Below are positions 14,578 through 26,282 of a stretch of DNA of 64,000 nucleotides, piece after piece; the first letter of the stretch is position 1; the number at the start of each line of letters is the position of its first letter. The DNA is from Escherichia coli (GTDB taxonomy: Bacteria; Pseudomonadota; Gammaproteobacteria; Enterobacterales; Enterobacteriaceae), in NCBI RefSeq assembly GCF_024502345.1, contig NZ_JALDNN010000001.1. One strand, written 5' to 3'. The notes under the pieces are model-generated. The model ran no database searches. It saw only the letters and a program-made list of their open reading frames with translations, and was not told the origin of the DNA. The position numbers and the translations under genes are program-made.

Positions 14578-14601
14578 AACCCGCTTCGGCGGGTTTTTTT
14601 A
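14578..14601 (+). terminator. Rho-independent terminator after rpsI
   Basis: cccgcttcggcggg hairpin followed by T7. Confidence 0.8.
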
Positions 14602-14935
14602 TGGCTAAAATCTGAATCAGCGTAAAAACTGGAATGTTGCTTTTTGCTGCCACCTGACAGACAGGTAAAACAAAAACCACATCGCCAATAAGGGACTAAG
14701 TCAACTATTTCAGACTAAAGCGCATCTCTTTTTCCCCATTTCCGGCATCGACTCACCACAAAGGTCGCAAAATCTGGTAAACTATCATCCAATTTTCTGC
14801 CCAAATGTCGGGTATTGCTCATTTTTTGTTTGATTTTCGAACAAAGAGAGTCGTTCCTTACTGGGTAACACAACTTCTGACTGGCCACCTGGTGGCTGGT
14901 AGCAGTAAAAATTCTGACTATACCTGGAGGTTTTC

Positions 14936-15574
14936 ATGGCTGTCGCTGCCAACAAACGTTCGGTAATGACGCTGTTTTCCGGTCCTACTGACATCTATAG
15001 CCATCAGGTCCGCATTGTGCTGGCTGAGAAAGGTGTAAGTTTCGAGATCGAACACGTGGAAAAGGACAATCCGCCTCAGGATCTGATTGACCTCAACCCG
15101 AATCAGAGCGTTCCGACCCTGGTGGATCGTGAGCTGACCCTGTGGGAATCTCGCATCATTATGGAATATCTGGATGAGCGTTTCCCGCATCCGCCACTGA
15201 TGCCTGTTTACCCGGTAGCTCGCGGTGAAAGCCGTCTGTACATGCATCGCATCGAAAAAGACTGGTACACGCTGATGAACACCATCATCAACGGTTCAGC
15301 TTCTGAAGCAGATGCCGCACGTAAGCAACTGCGCGAAGAACTGCTGGCGATTGCGCCGGTCTTCGGTCAGAAGCCGTACTTCCTGAGTGATGAGTTCAGC
15401 CTGGTCGATTGCTACCTTGCTCCGCTGCTGTGGCGTCTGCCGCAACTGGGTATCGAGTTCAGCGGCCCGGGTGCGAAAGAGCTGAAAGGCTATATGACCC
15501 GCGTCTTTGAGCGTGACTCTTTCCTTGCTTCTTTAACTGAAGCAGAACGTGAAATGCGTCTGGGCCGGAGTTAA
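14936..15574 (+). CDS. sspA: stringent starvation protein A
   Basis: ORF track 212 aa, GST-like. Confidence 0.96.
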   Translation: MAVAANKRSVMTLFSGPTDIYSHQVRIVLAEKGVSFEIEHVEKDNPPQDLIDLNPNQSVPTLVDRELTLWESRIIMEYLDERFPHPPLMPVYPVARGESRLYMHRIEKDWYTLMNTIINGSASEADAARKQLREELLAIAPVFGQKPYFLSDEFSLVDCYLAPLLWRLPQLGIEFSGPGAKELKGYMTRVFERDSFLASLTEAEREMRLGRS

Positions 15575-15579
15575 TCTGT

Positions 15580-16077
15580 ATGGATTTGTCACAGCTAACA
15601 CCACGTCGTCCCTATCTGCTGCGTGCATTCTATGAGTGGTTGCTGGATAACCAGCTCACGCCGCACCTGGTGGTGGATGTGACGCTCCCTGGCGTGCAGG
15701 TTCCTATGGAATATGCGCGTGACGGGCAAATCGTACTCAACATTGCGCCGCGTGCTGTCGGCAATCTGGAACTGGCGAATGATGAGGTGCGCTTTAACGC
15801 GCGCTTTGGTGGCATTCCGCGTCAGGTTTCTGTGCCGCTGGCTGCCGTGCTGGCTATCTACGCCCGTGAAAATGGCGCTGGCACGATGTTTGAACCTGAA
15901 GCTGCCTACGATGAAGATGCCAGCATCATGAATGATGAAGAGGCATCGGCAGACAACGAAACCGTTATGTCGGTTATTGATGGCGACAAGCCAGATCACG
16001 ATGATGACACTCATCCTGACGATGAACCTCCGCAGCCACCACGCGGTGGTCGACCGGCATTACGCGTTGTTAAGTAA
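15580..16077 (+). CDS. sspB: ClpXP specificity-enhancing adaptor SspB
   Basis: ORF track 165 aa, acidic C-terminal tail ending RGGRPALRVVK. Confidence 0.96.
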   Translation: MDLSQLTPRRPYLLRAFYEWLLDNQLTPHLVVDVTLPGVQVPMEYARDGQIVLNIAPRAVGNLELANDEVRFNARFGGIPRQVSVPLAAVLAIYARENGAGTMFEPEAAYDEDASIMNDEEASADNETVMSVIDGDKPDHDDDTHPDDEPPQPPRGGRPALRVVK

Positions 16078-16080
16078 TAC

Positions 16081-16112
16081 AAAACAGGCCCTGGTGGCCT
16101 GTTTTGTCTTTT
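16081..16112. terminator. terminator hairpin between convergent sspB and dcuD
   Basis: acaggccctggtggcctgt hairpin with a T-rich run. Confidence 0.6.
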
Positions 16113-16118
16113 AATGGC

Positions 16119-17467
16119 TTAATAAAATAGCGTGATTGTGGCAATCATATTCACCACGAAACCGACTGCCATGGGGATCGCTGTCCGCTTCACCACCGCA
16201 AAAGGCGAAACGCCTGCAATTCCTGACGTAACGACTACCACCGCAGTAATCGGCGAAACCGCGCGCGCTAGCGTCGTGGCAAAATGCATCGGCATAATCA
16301 TTACAACCGCTGGTACATGTAGTCCGGCTGCGATATTCGGAATAAGACTGGCAAATGACATAAACGGCGCATTGCCAGAGCCCATCACAATGGCACAAAT
16401 GGCAATGACCAGCGCCATAATAATCATCACGCCAATACCGCCCAGACCAGAATGCTCCGCACCCCTGATAACCGCATCGACAGTGCCAATCGTCGTTAAG
16501 CCTTTCGCAAATATTTCACCCGCGACCACCAGCGTTACGACGTTGGCAAACTGCGTACCCATGCCGTCAAAAAACGCCTGCACATCGTCCATTGTTTCGC
16601 GCAAGTTATGCTTGCGGAAGAACTCAACAAACATCGTCACCGTCAAACTCAGTAACATCACCACCACCAGATGCAGTTCTGACTGCATCAGCCCGATGTG
16701 GGCAAGGAATAGCGAGCCGAGCATCAGGATTAACGGCATCACAGGTAAAATGGCGTAATAGAGCGGCGGGACATTATCGAGAGCTTTTTGCTCTGCCTGT
16801 TCGTGATTGATATTTTTATCTTTTTTGTCAAAAGCGCGTTGCACGAAAAAGTGGGAGATCGCCACCGAGATAATGACGCAAGAGGCGACCGGAAGCTGGT
16901 AGTGGAAGAAGTAAGTGGCAATTTTCATTCCCGCGACCTGGGCTGCAAAAATGGAGTTCGTTTCCAGAATCCCCCACTCAATGGACATTGTGGTTGCGAT
17001 AACCGCCACCGCAGAGAGACGGCTTACTCCCAGACTCACCAGTGTCGGAAATAAGGTGACCATCAGCAACATACCCAGGCCGGAGGCGCTGGTAATAAAC
17101 TGCGCCATGATTTGGCCGATGACGTAAGTTGCCGACAGAATAATATACGGCGAGCGAATGAGTTTTAACGGGCGGCTTAACAAGCTCACCATCGCGCGAC
17201 TGGCTCCTGTGCGCTCCATGTAGCGGGCATAACCGCCCACCGCCATAATCGACAGCCCCAATCCGGCAATGCGGTTGGACAGCATGCGCAGGATTTCATT
17301 ATAAATATCGACGATCAAGTAGCCGCTGCTTTTGGCGGGATCGAGTACACCACCGAACCCTAACCAGACACCGCACATCATCAGGAAGATACCTGCGGCA
17401 GCCAGCACCACCTGAGGTTTGTAGTTTTTCAGGATCAAATAGCCCATCGTAATTAATACGATGACAG
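16119..17467 (-). pseudogene. dcuD: C4-dicarboxylate transporter DcuD with its 5' end (start codon plus about 7 codons) displaced by IS1
   Basis: ORF track 442 aa from an internal Met; the frame stays open upstream (VIVLIT) straight into the IS1 left end at 17468; native DcuD as I recall it is 455 aa starting MFGIIIS. Confidence 0.75.
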
Positions 17468-17490
17468 GGTGATGCTGCCAACTTACTGAT
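17468..17490. repeat. IS1 left terminal inverted repeat
   Basis: 23-bp imperfect inverted repeat of 18213..18235. Confidence 0.9.
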
Positions 17491-17522
17491 TTAGTGTATG
17501 ATGGTGTTTTTGAGGTGCTCCA

Positions 17523-17798
17523 GTGGCTTCTGTTTCTATCAGCTGTCCCTCCTGTTCAGCTACTGACGGGGTGGTGCGTAACGGCAAAAGCACCGCCGGA
17601 CATCAGCGCTATCTCTGCTCTCACTGCCGTAAAACATGGCAACTGCAGTTCACTTACACCGCTTCTCAACCCGGTACGCACCAGAAAATCATTGATATGG
17701 CCATGAATGGCGTTGGATGCCGGGCAACCGCCCGCATTATGGGCGTTGGCCTCAACACGATTTTCCGCCATTTAAAAAACTCAGGCCGCAGTCGGTAA
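17523..17798 (+). CDS. insA: IS1 InsA
   Basis: ORF track 91 aa [24 protein letters not shown]..., matches InsA. Confidence 0.97.
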   Translation: MASVSISCPSCSATDGVVRNGKSTAGHQRYLCSHCRKTWQLQFTYTASQPGTHQKIIDMAMNGVGCRATARIMGVGLNTIFRHLKNSGRSR

Positions 17799-18220
17799 CC
17801 TCGCGCATACAGCCGGGCAGTGACGTCATCGTCTGCGCGGAAATGGACGAACAGTGGGGATACGTCGGGGCTAAATCGCGCCAGCGCTGGCTGTTTTACG
17901 CGTATGACAGGCTCCGGAAGACGGTTGTTGCGCACGTATTCGGTGAACGCACTATGGCGACGCTGGGGCGTCTTATGAGCCTGCTGTCACCCTTTGACGT
18001 GGTGATATGGATGACGGATGGCTGGCCGCTGTATGAATCCCGCCTGAAGGGAAAGCTGCACGTAATCAGCAAGCGATATACGCAGCGAATTGAGCGGCAT
18101 AACCTGAATCTGAGGCAGCACCTGGCACGGCTGGGACGGAAGTCGCTGTCGTTCTCAAAATCGGTGGAGCTGCATGACAAAGTCATCGGGCATTATCTGA
18201 ACATAAAACACTATCAATAA
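17717..18220 (+). CDS. insB: IS1 InsB (made as InsAB' transposase after a -1 frameshift)
   Basis: ORF track 167 aa [21 protein letters not shown]..., in the -1 frame relative to insA. Confidence 0.95.
   Translation: MPGNRPHYGRWPQHDFPPFKKLRPQSVTSRIQPGSDVIVCAEMDEQWGYVGAKSRQRWLFYAYDRLRKTVVAHVFGERTMATLGRLMSLLSPFDVVIWMTDGWPLYESRLKGKLHVISKRYTQRIERHNLNLRQHLARLGRKSLSFSKSVELHDKVIGHYLNIKHYQ
17774..17780 (+). promoter_or_regulatory. IS1 programmed -1 ribosomal frameshift site (A6C)
   Basis: AAAAAAC heptamer in the insA/insB overlap. Confidence 0.8.
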
Positions 18221-18235
18221 GTTGGAGTCATTACC
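18213..18235. repeat. IS1 right terminal inverted repeat
   Basis: 23-bp imperfect inverted repeat; contains the insB stop codon. Confidence 0.9.
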
Positions 18236-18315
18236 AGAAAACCCTGCCATTTTCCCCTACTTTCAATCCTGTGATAGGATGTCACTGATGATGTTAATCA
18301 CACTGACCTTACAGA

Positions 18316-19107
18316 ATGGGCCTTATGAACGCATTTGATTCGCAAACCGAAGATTCTTCACCTGCAATTGGTCGCAACTTGCGTAGCCGCCCGCTGGCGC
18401 GTAAAAAACTCTCCGAAATGGTGGAAGAAGAGCTGGAACAGATGATCCGCCGTCGTGAATTTGGCGAAGGTGAACAATTACCGTCTGAACGCGAACTGAT
18501 GGCGTTCTTTAACGTTGGGCGTCCTTCGGTGCGTGAAGCGCTGGCAGCGTTAAAACGCAAAGGTCTGGTGCAAATAAACAACGGCGAACGTGCCCGCGTC
18601 TCACGTCCTTCTGCGGACACCATCATCGGCGAGCTTTCCGGCATGGCGAAAGATTTCCTTTCTCATCCTGGTGGGATTGCCCATTTCGAACAATTACGTC
18701 TGTTCTTTGAATCCAGCCTGGTGCGCTATGCGGCTGAACACGCCACCGATGAGCAAATCGATTTGCTGGCAAAAGCACTGGAAATCAACAGTCAGTCGCT
18801 GGATAACAACGCGGCATTCATTCGCTCAGACGTTGATTTCCACCGCGTGCTGGCGGAGATCCCAGGTAACCCAATCTTCATGGCGATCCACGTTGCCCTG
18901 CTCGACTGGCTGATCGCCGCACGTCCAACCGTGGCTGATCAGGCTCTGCACGAGCATAACAACGTTAGCTATCAACAGCATATTGCGATCGTTGACGCGA
19001 TCCGCCGCCACGATCCTGACGAAGCCGATCGTGCGTTGCAATCGCATCTCAACAGCGTCTCTGCTACCTGGCACGCCTTCGGTCAGACCACCAACAAAAA
19101 GAAATAA
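18316..19107 (+). CDS. nanR: sialic acid regulon repressor NanR (GntR family)
   Basis: ORF track 263 aa; only 80 bp separates its ATG from the IS1 right end. Confidence 0.94.
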   Translation: MGLMNAFDSQTEDSSPAIGRNLRSRPLARKKLSEMVEEELEQMIRRREFGEGEQLPSERELMAFFNVGRPSVREALAALKRKGLVQINNGERARVSRPSADTIIGELSGMAKDFLSHPGGIAHFEQLRLFFESSLVRYAAEHATDEQIDLLAKALEINSQSLDNNAAFIRSDVDFHRVLAEIPGNPIFMAIHVALLDWLIAARPTVADQALHEHNNVSYQQHIAIVDAIRRHDPDEADRALQSHLNSVSATWHAFGQTTNKKK

Positions 19108-19170
19108 TGCCACTTTAGTGAAGCAGATCGCATTATAAGCTTTCTGTATGGGGTGTTGCTTAATTGATCT

Positions 19171-19193
19171 GGTATAACAGGTATAAAGGTATA
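19171..19193. promoter_or_regulatory. NanR operator: three tandem GGTATA hexamers in the nanA promoter
   Basis: GGTATAacaGGTATAaaGGTATA, about 40 bp upstream of the nanA ATG. Confidence 0.8.
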
Positions 19194-19228
19194 TCGTTTA
19201 TCAGACAAGCATCACTTCAGAGGTATTT

Positions 19229-20122
19229 ATGGCAACGAATTTACGTGGCGTAATGGCTGCACTCCTGACTCCTTTTGATCAACAACAAGCACTGGATAAA
19301 GCGAGTCTGCGCCGCCTGGTTCAGTTCAATATTCAGCAGGGCATTGACGGTTTATACGTGGGTGGTTCGACCGGCGAAGCCTTTGTACAAAGCCTTTCCG
19401 AGCGTGAACAGGTACTGGAAATCGTCGCCGAAGAGGCGAAAGGTAAGATTAAACTCATCGCCCACGTCGGTTGCGTCAGCACCGCCGAAAGCCAACAACT
19501 TGCGGCATCGGCTAAACGTTATGGCTTCGATGCCGTCTCCGCCGTCACACCGTTCTACTATCCTTTCAGCTTTGAAGAACACTGCGATCACTATCGGGCA
19601 ATTATTGATTCGGCGGATGGTTTGCCGATGGTGGTGTACAACATTCCAGCCCTGAGCGGGGTAAAACTGACCCTGGATCAGATCAACACCTTGGTTACGC
19701 TGCCTGGTGTCGGCGCGCTGAAACAGACCTCTGGCGATCTCTATCAGATGGAACAGATCCGTCGTGAACATCCTGATCTGGTGCTCTATAACGGTTACGA
19801 CGAAATCTTCGCTTCCGGCTTGCTGGCGGGCGCAGACGGCGGTATCGGCAGTACTTACAATATCATGGGCTGGCGCTATCAGGGGATCGTGAAGGCGCTG
19901 AAAGAAGGCGATATCCAGACCGCGCAGAAACTGCAAACTGAGTGCAATAAAGTCATTGATTTACTGATCAAAACGGGCGTATTCCGCGGCCTGAAAACTG
20001 TTCTGCATTATATGGATGTTGTTTCTGTGCCGCTGTGCCGCAAACCGTTTGGTCCGGTAGATGAAAAATATCTGCCAGAACTGAAGGCGCTGGCCCAGCA
20101 GTTGATGCAAGAGCGCGGGTGA
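19229..20122 (+). CDS. nanA: N-acetylneuraminate lyase
   Basis: ORF track 297 aa. Confidence 0.96.
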
Positions 20123-20127
20123 GTTGT

Positions 20128-20160
20128 TTCCCCTCGCTCGCCCCTACCGGGTGAGGGGAA
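20128..20160. repeat. GC-rich imperfect palindrome, same family as 1828..1868
   Basis: ttcccctcgctc..gggtgaggggaa in the nanA-nanT spacer. Confidence 0.5.
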
Positions 20161-20230
20161 ATAAACGCATCTGTACCCTACAATTTTCATACCAAAGCGT
20201 GTGGGCATCGCCCACCGCGGGAGACTCACA

Positions 20231-21721
20231 ATGAGTACTACAACCCAGAATATCCCGTGGTATCGCCATCTCAATCGTGCACAATGGCGGGCATTTTCCG
20301 TTGCCTGGTTGGGATATCTGCTTGACGGTTTTGATTTCGTTTTAATCGCCCTGGTACTCACCGAAGTACAAGGTGAATTCGGGCTGACGACGGTGCAGGC
20401 GGCAAGTCTGATCTCCGCAGCCTTTATCTCTCGCTGGTTCGGCGGCCTGATGCTCGGCGCTATGGGTGACCGCTACGGGCGTCGTCTGGCAATGGTCACC
20501 AGCATCGTTCTCTTCTCGGCCGGGACGCTGGCCTGCGGCTTTGCGCCAGGCTACATCACCATGTTTATCGCTCGTCTGGTCATCGGCATGGGGATGGCGG
20601 GTGAATACGGTTCCAGCGCCACCTATGTCATTGAAAGCTGGCCAAAACATCTGCGTAACAAAGCCAGTGGCTTTCTGATTTCAGGCTTCTCTGTGGGGGC
20701 CGTCGTTGCCGCTCAGGTCTACAGCTTGGTGGTTCCGGTCTGGGGCTGGCGTGCGCTGTTCTTTATCGGCATTTTGCCAATCATCTTTGCTCTCTGGCTG
20801 CGTAAAAACATCCCGGAAGCGGAAGACTGGAAAGAGAAACACGCAGGTAAAGCACCAGTACGCACAATGGTGGATATTCTCTACCGTGGTGAACATCGCG
20901 TTGCCAATATCGTAATGACACTGGCGGCGGCTACTGCGCTGTGGTTCTGCTTCGCCGGTAACCTGCAAAATGCCGCGATCGTCGCTGTTCTTGGGCTGTT
21001 ATGCGCCGCAATCTTTATCAGCTTTATGGTGCAGAGTACGGGCAAACGCTGGCCAACTGGCGTAATGCTGATGGTGGTCGTGTTGTTTGCTTTCCTCTAC
21101 TCATGGCCGATTCAGGCGCTGCTGCCAACGTATCTGAAAACCGATCTGGCTTATAACCCGCATACTGTCGCCAATGTGCTGTTCTTTAGTGGCTTTGGCG
21201 CGGCGGTGGGGTGCTGCGTCGGTGGCTTCCTCGGTGACTGGCTGGGAACCCGCAAAGCGTACGTTTGTAGTCTGTTGGCCTCGCAGCTGCTGATTATTCC
21301 GGTATTTGCGATTGGCGGTGCAAACGTCTGGGTGCTCGGTCTGTTACTGTTCTTCCAGCAAATGCTTGGACAAGGGATCGCCGGGATCTTACCAAAACTG
21401 ATTGGCGGTTATTTCGATACCGACCAGCGTGCAGCGGGCCTGGGCTTTACCTACAACGTTGGCGCATTGGGCGGTGCACTGGCCCCAATCATCGGCGCGT
21501 TGATCGCTCAACGTCTGGATCTGGGTACTGCGCTGGCATCGCTCTCGTTCAGTCTGACATTTGTGGTGATCCTGCTGATTGGTCTGGATATGCCTTCCCG
21601 CGTTCAGCGTTGGCTGCGCCTGGAAGCATTGCGTACTCATGACGCTATCGACGGCAAACCATTTAGCGGTGCCGTGCCATTTGGCAGCGCCAAAAACGAT
21701 TTAGTCAAAACCAAAAGTTAA
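20231..21721 (+). CDS. nanT: sialic acid:H+ symporter (MFS)
   Basis: 496 aa from [22 protein letters not shown]...; track ORF trimmed by 10 codons. Confidence 0.95.
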
Positions 21722-21768
21722 TCCTGTTGCCCGGTCTATGTACCGGGCCTTTCGCTAAGGGAAGATGT

Positions 21769-22454
21769 ATGTCGTTACTTGCACAACTGGATCAAAAAAT
21801 CGCTGCTAACGGTGGCCTGATTGTCTCCTGCCAGCCGGTTCCTGACAGCCCGCTCGATAAACCCGAAATCGTCGCAGCCATGGCATTAGCGGCAGAGCAG
21901 GCGGGCGCGGTTGCCATTCGCATCGAAGGTGTGGCAAATCTGCAAGCCACGCGTGCGGTGGTGAGCGTGCCGATTATTGGAATTGTGAAACGCGATCTGG
22001 AGGATTCTCCGGTACGCATCACGGCCTATATTGAAGATGTCGATGCGCTGGCGCAGGCGGGCGCGGACATTATCGCCATTGACGGCACCGACCGCCCGCG
22101 TCCGGTGCCTGTTGAAACGCTGCTGGCACGTATTCATCATCACGGTTTACTGGCGATGACCGACTGCTCAACGCCGGAAGACGGCCTGGCATGCCAAAAG
22201 CTGGGAGCCGAAATTATTGGCACTACGCTTTCTGGCTATACCACGCCTGAAACGCCAGAAGAGCCGGATCTGACGCTGGTGAAAAGGTTGAGCGACGCCG
22301 GATGTCGGGTGATTGCCGAAGGGCGTTACAACACGCCTGCTCAGGCGGCTGATGCGATGCGCCACGGCGCGTGGGCGGTGACGGTCGGTTCTGCCATTAC
22401 GCGTCTTGAACACATTTGTCAGTGGTACAACACAGCGATGAAAAAGGCGGTGCT

Positions 22455-22458
<4 letters not shown>
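21769..22458 (+). CDS. nanE: N-acetylmannosamine-6-phosphate 2-epimerase
   Basis: 229 aa from [24 protein letters not shown]... Confidence 0.95.
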
Positions 22459-23791
<1,333 letters not shown>

Positions 23792-23866
23792 ATTTATTAG
23801 ATCAGGCGTGACCTGACCCATCTTTGGCACAGAGCCAAACCTGAACTGACGGACCGCTCTGTGCCA

Positions 23867-24172
23867 TTACCTGACGTTGTATTCTTTTATGTTAACACCC
23901 TTGATACTGTATATACCTGTCCGCTTAATTCGCTTGCCCTTTTTATTCGTAATAGTTGCTGTAAGTGTACTGCAGCGAATGGAATGACGTTCATCAATCA
24001 CCAGCCGAATTGCTTCTGAAGCATCTTCCACCTCTAGAAGGTCGTGAGTCTTATTTAAGCCGAATGGAACAAGGTGGAAGGCAGTTTTTCCTGATGATTT
24101 TCTGGTTATTTTTACTGGATACAACACATCACCACTTTTATGGATTAATTCAAGCTGTTCAATGTAAATCAT
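23867..24172 (-). CDS. hypothetical small basic protein (101 aa from the ATG at 24172), no family recognised
   Basis: ATG preceded by AAGGAAAG Shine-Dalgarno, 16 nt after the stop of the upstream YhcG-like ORF; AT-rich; the track's 113-aa version uses a TTG start. Confidence 0.4.
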   Translation of the reverse strand: MIYIEQLELIHKSGDVLYPVKITRKSSGKTAFHLVPFGLNKTHDLLEVEDASEAIRLVIDERHSIRCSTLTATITNKKGKRIKRTGIYSIKGVNIKEYNVR

Positions 24173-24188
24173 GGCAACTTTCCTTCGT

Positions 24189-24668
24189 TTATTTGCATGA
24201 ATATACAAACCGAAAATAGGAGATGCAATACAAAAGCTGTGGAAATATCAAACAGCCTCTCAATTTGGCAGACAGCGTCTGCCAAATCTTTGCCGATGGG
24301 AATTCTGCAGATGGTGTCTGCGGAATTCCCAATGGTGTTAATTCGCCAGACACTGTCTGGCGAATTTCAACATGTTGAAAAAAGAGGTAAAAAAGCCTCA
24401 TTTGGCGTAAGTTTTTTGCAGAGAACCCACGCTTATACCTTAGACTTAAATCCTTTGATAGTCGCTTGATTAGCTGCGCACCATACGCAGCCCTTGCCTC
24501 GCCACCTTGTTCAAATTCGACAATTCGTCGGCCAATTTCCCAGTATGTCGCGGTCATCAGCGCGTTAACGCTACGTACCGTTTCCGTCCGGACGCTATCG
24601 ACCAGGTGAATAATATCGTCGTGGATTTGCTGGTAGCCTGTTGAGGTTCTCTCTGAGAGCGATTCCAT
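24189..24668 (-). CDS. yhcG: YhcG/DUF1016-family N-terminal domain ORF (159 aa); either a truncated yhcG remnant or a short stand-alone variant
   Basis: First ~96 aa (ATYWEIGRRIVEFEQGGEARAAYGAQLIKRLSKDLSLRYKRGFSAKNLRQMRLFYLFF) look like the DUF1016 N-terminal domain; then three 13-14-codon repeats and a hydrophobic tail; too short for the 375-aa K-12 YhcG. Confidence 0.5.
   Translation of the reverse strand: MESLSERTSTGYQQIHDDIIHLVDSVRTETVRSVNALMTATYWEIGRRIVEFEQGGEARAAYGAQLIKRLSKDLSLRYKRGFSAKNLRQMRLFYLFFQHVEIRQTVSGELTPLGIPQTPSAEFPSAKIWQTLSAKLRGCLIFPQLLYCISYFRFVYSCK
24263..24366. repeat. array of three palindromic or quasi-palindromic units with centres 39 bp apart
   Basis: atttggcagacagcgtctgccaaat / gggaattctgcag..ctgcggaattccc / aattcgccagacactgtctggcgaatt, all built on GCCAGAC/GTCTGGC-type arms. 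Confidence 0.7.
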
Positions 24669-24851
24669 TATCTGTCCCTTTATATGGCGCTGCGTTGAAT
24701 AATGGAATCAGCTATACGCCGGGCATCTACCGGTAACAATCCAGATGAGCGTATTACATTGGTTTTCTTCAGATTATGCGAGGCGCTTTCCAGAAAGAAA
24801 GGAGAATTTCAGCGCCGACTCTTTTCTGAGGAGGCGGCGCTGGGACAGAGC

Positions 24852-26282
<1,431 letters not shown>

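Larger units (their letters stand above)
17468..18235 (+). mobile_element. IS1 insertion sequence, 768 bp, complete
   Basis: Starts GGTGATGCTGCCAACTTACTGAT and ends ATCAATAAGTTGGAGTCATTACC; contains insA and insB; no 8-9 bp direct repeat at the flanks. Confidence 0.97.

Noticed and set aside
16132-16758. 208-aa ORF antisense to dcuD
   Set aside because: Nested antisense frame inside a membrane-protein gene with alanine/threonine/isoleucine-rich low-complexity sequence.
18236-18260. ATGGCAGGGTTTTCT on the minus strand at the IS1 right flank, as a possible displaced dcuD start
   Set aside because: It does not encode the MFGIIIS start I expect and is out of frame with the dcuD body; more likely nanR-side intergenic sequence.
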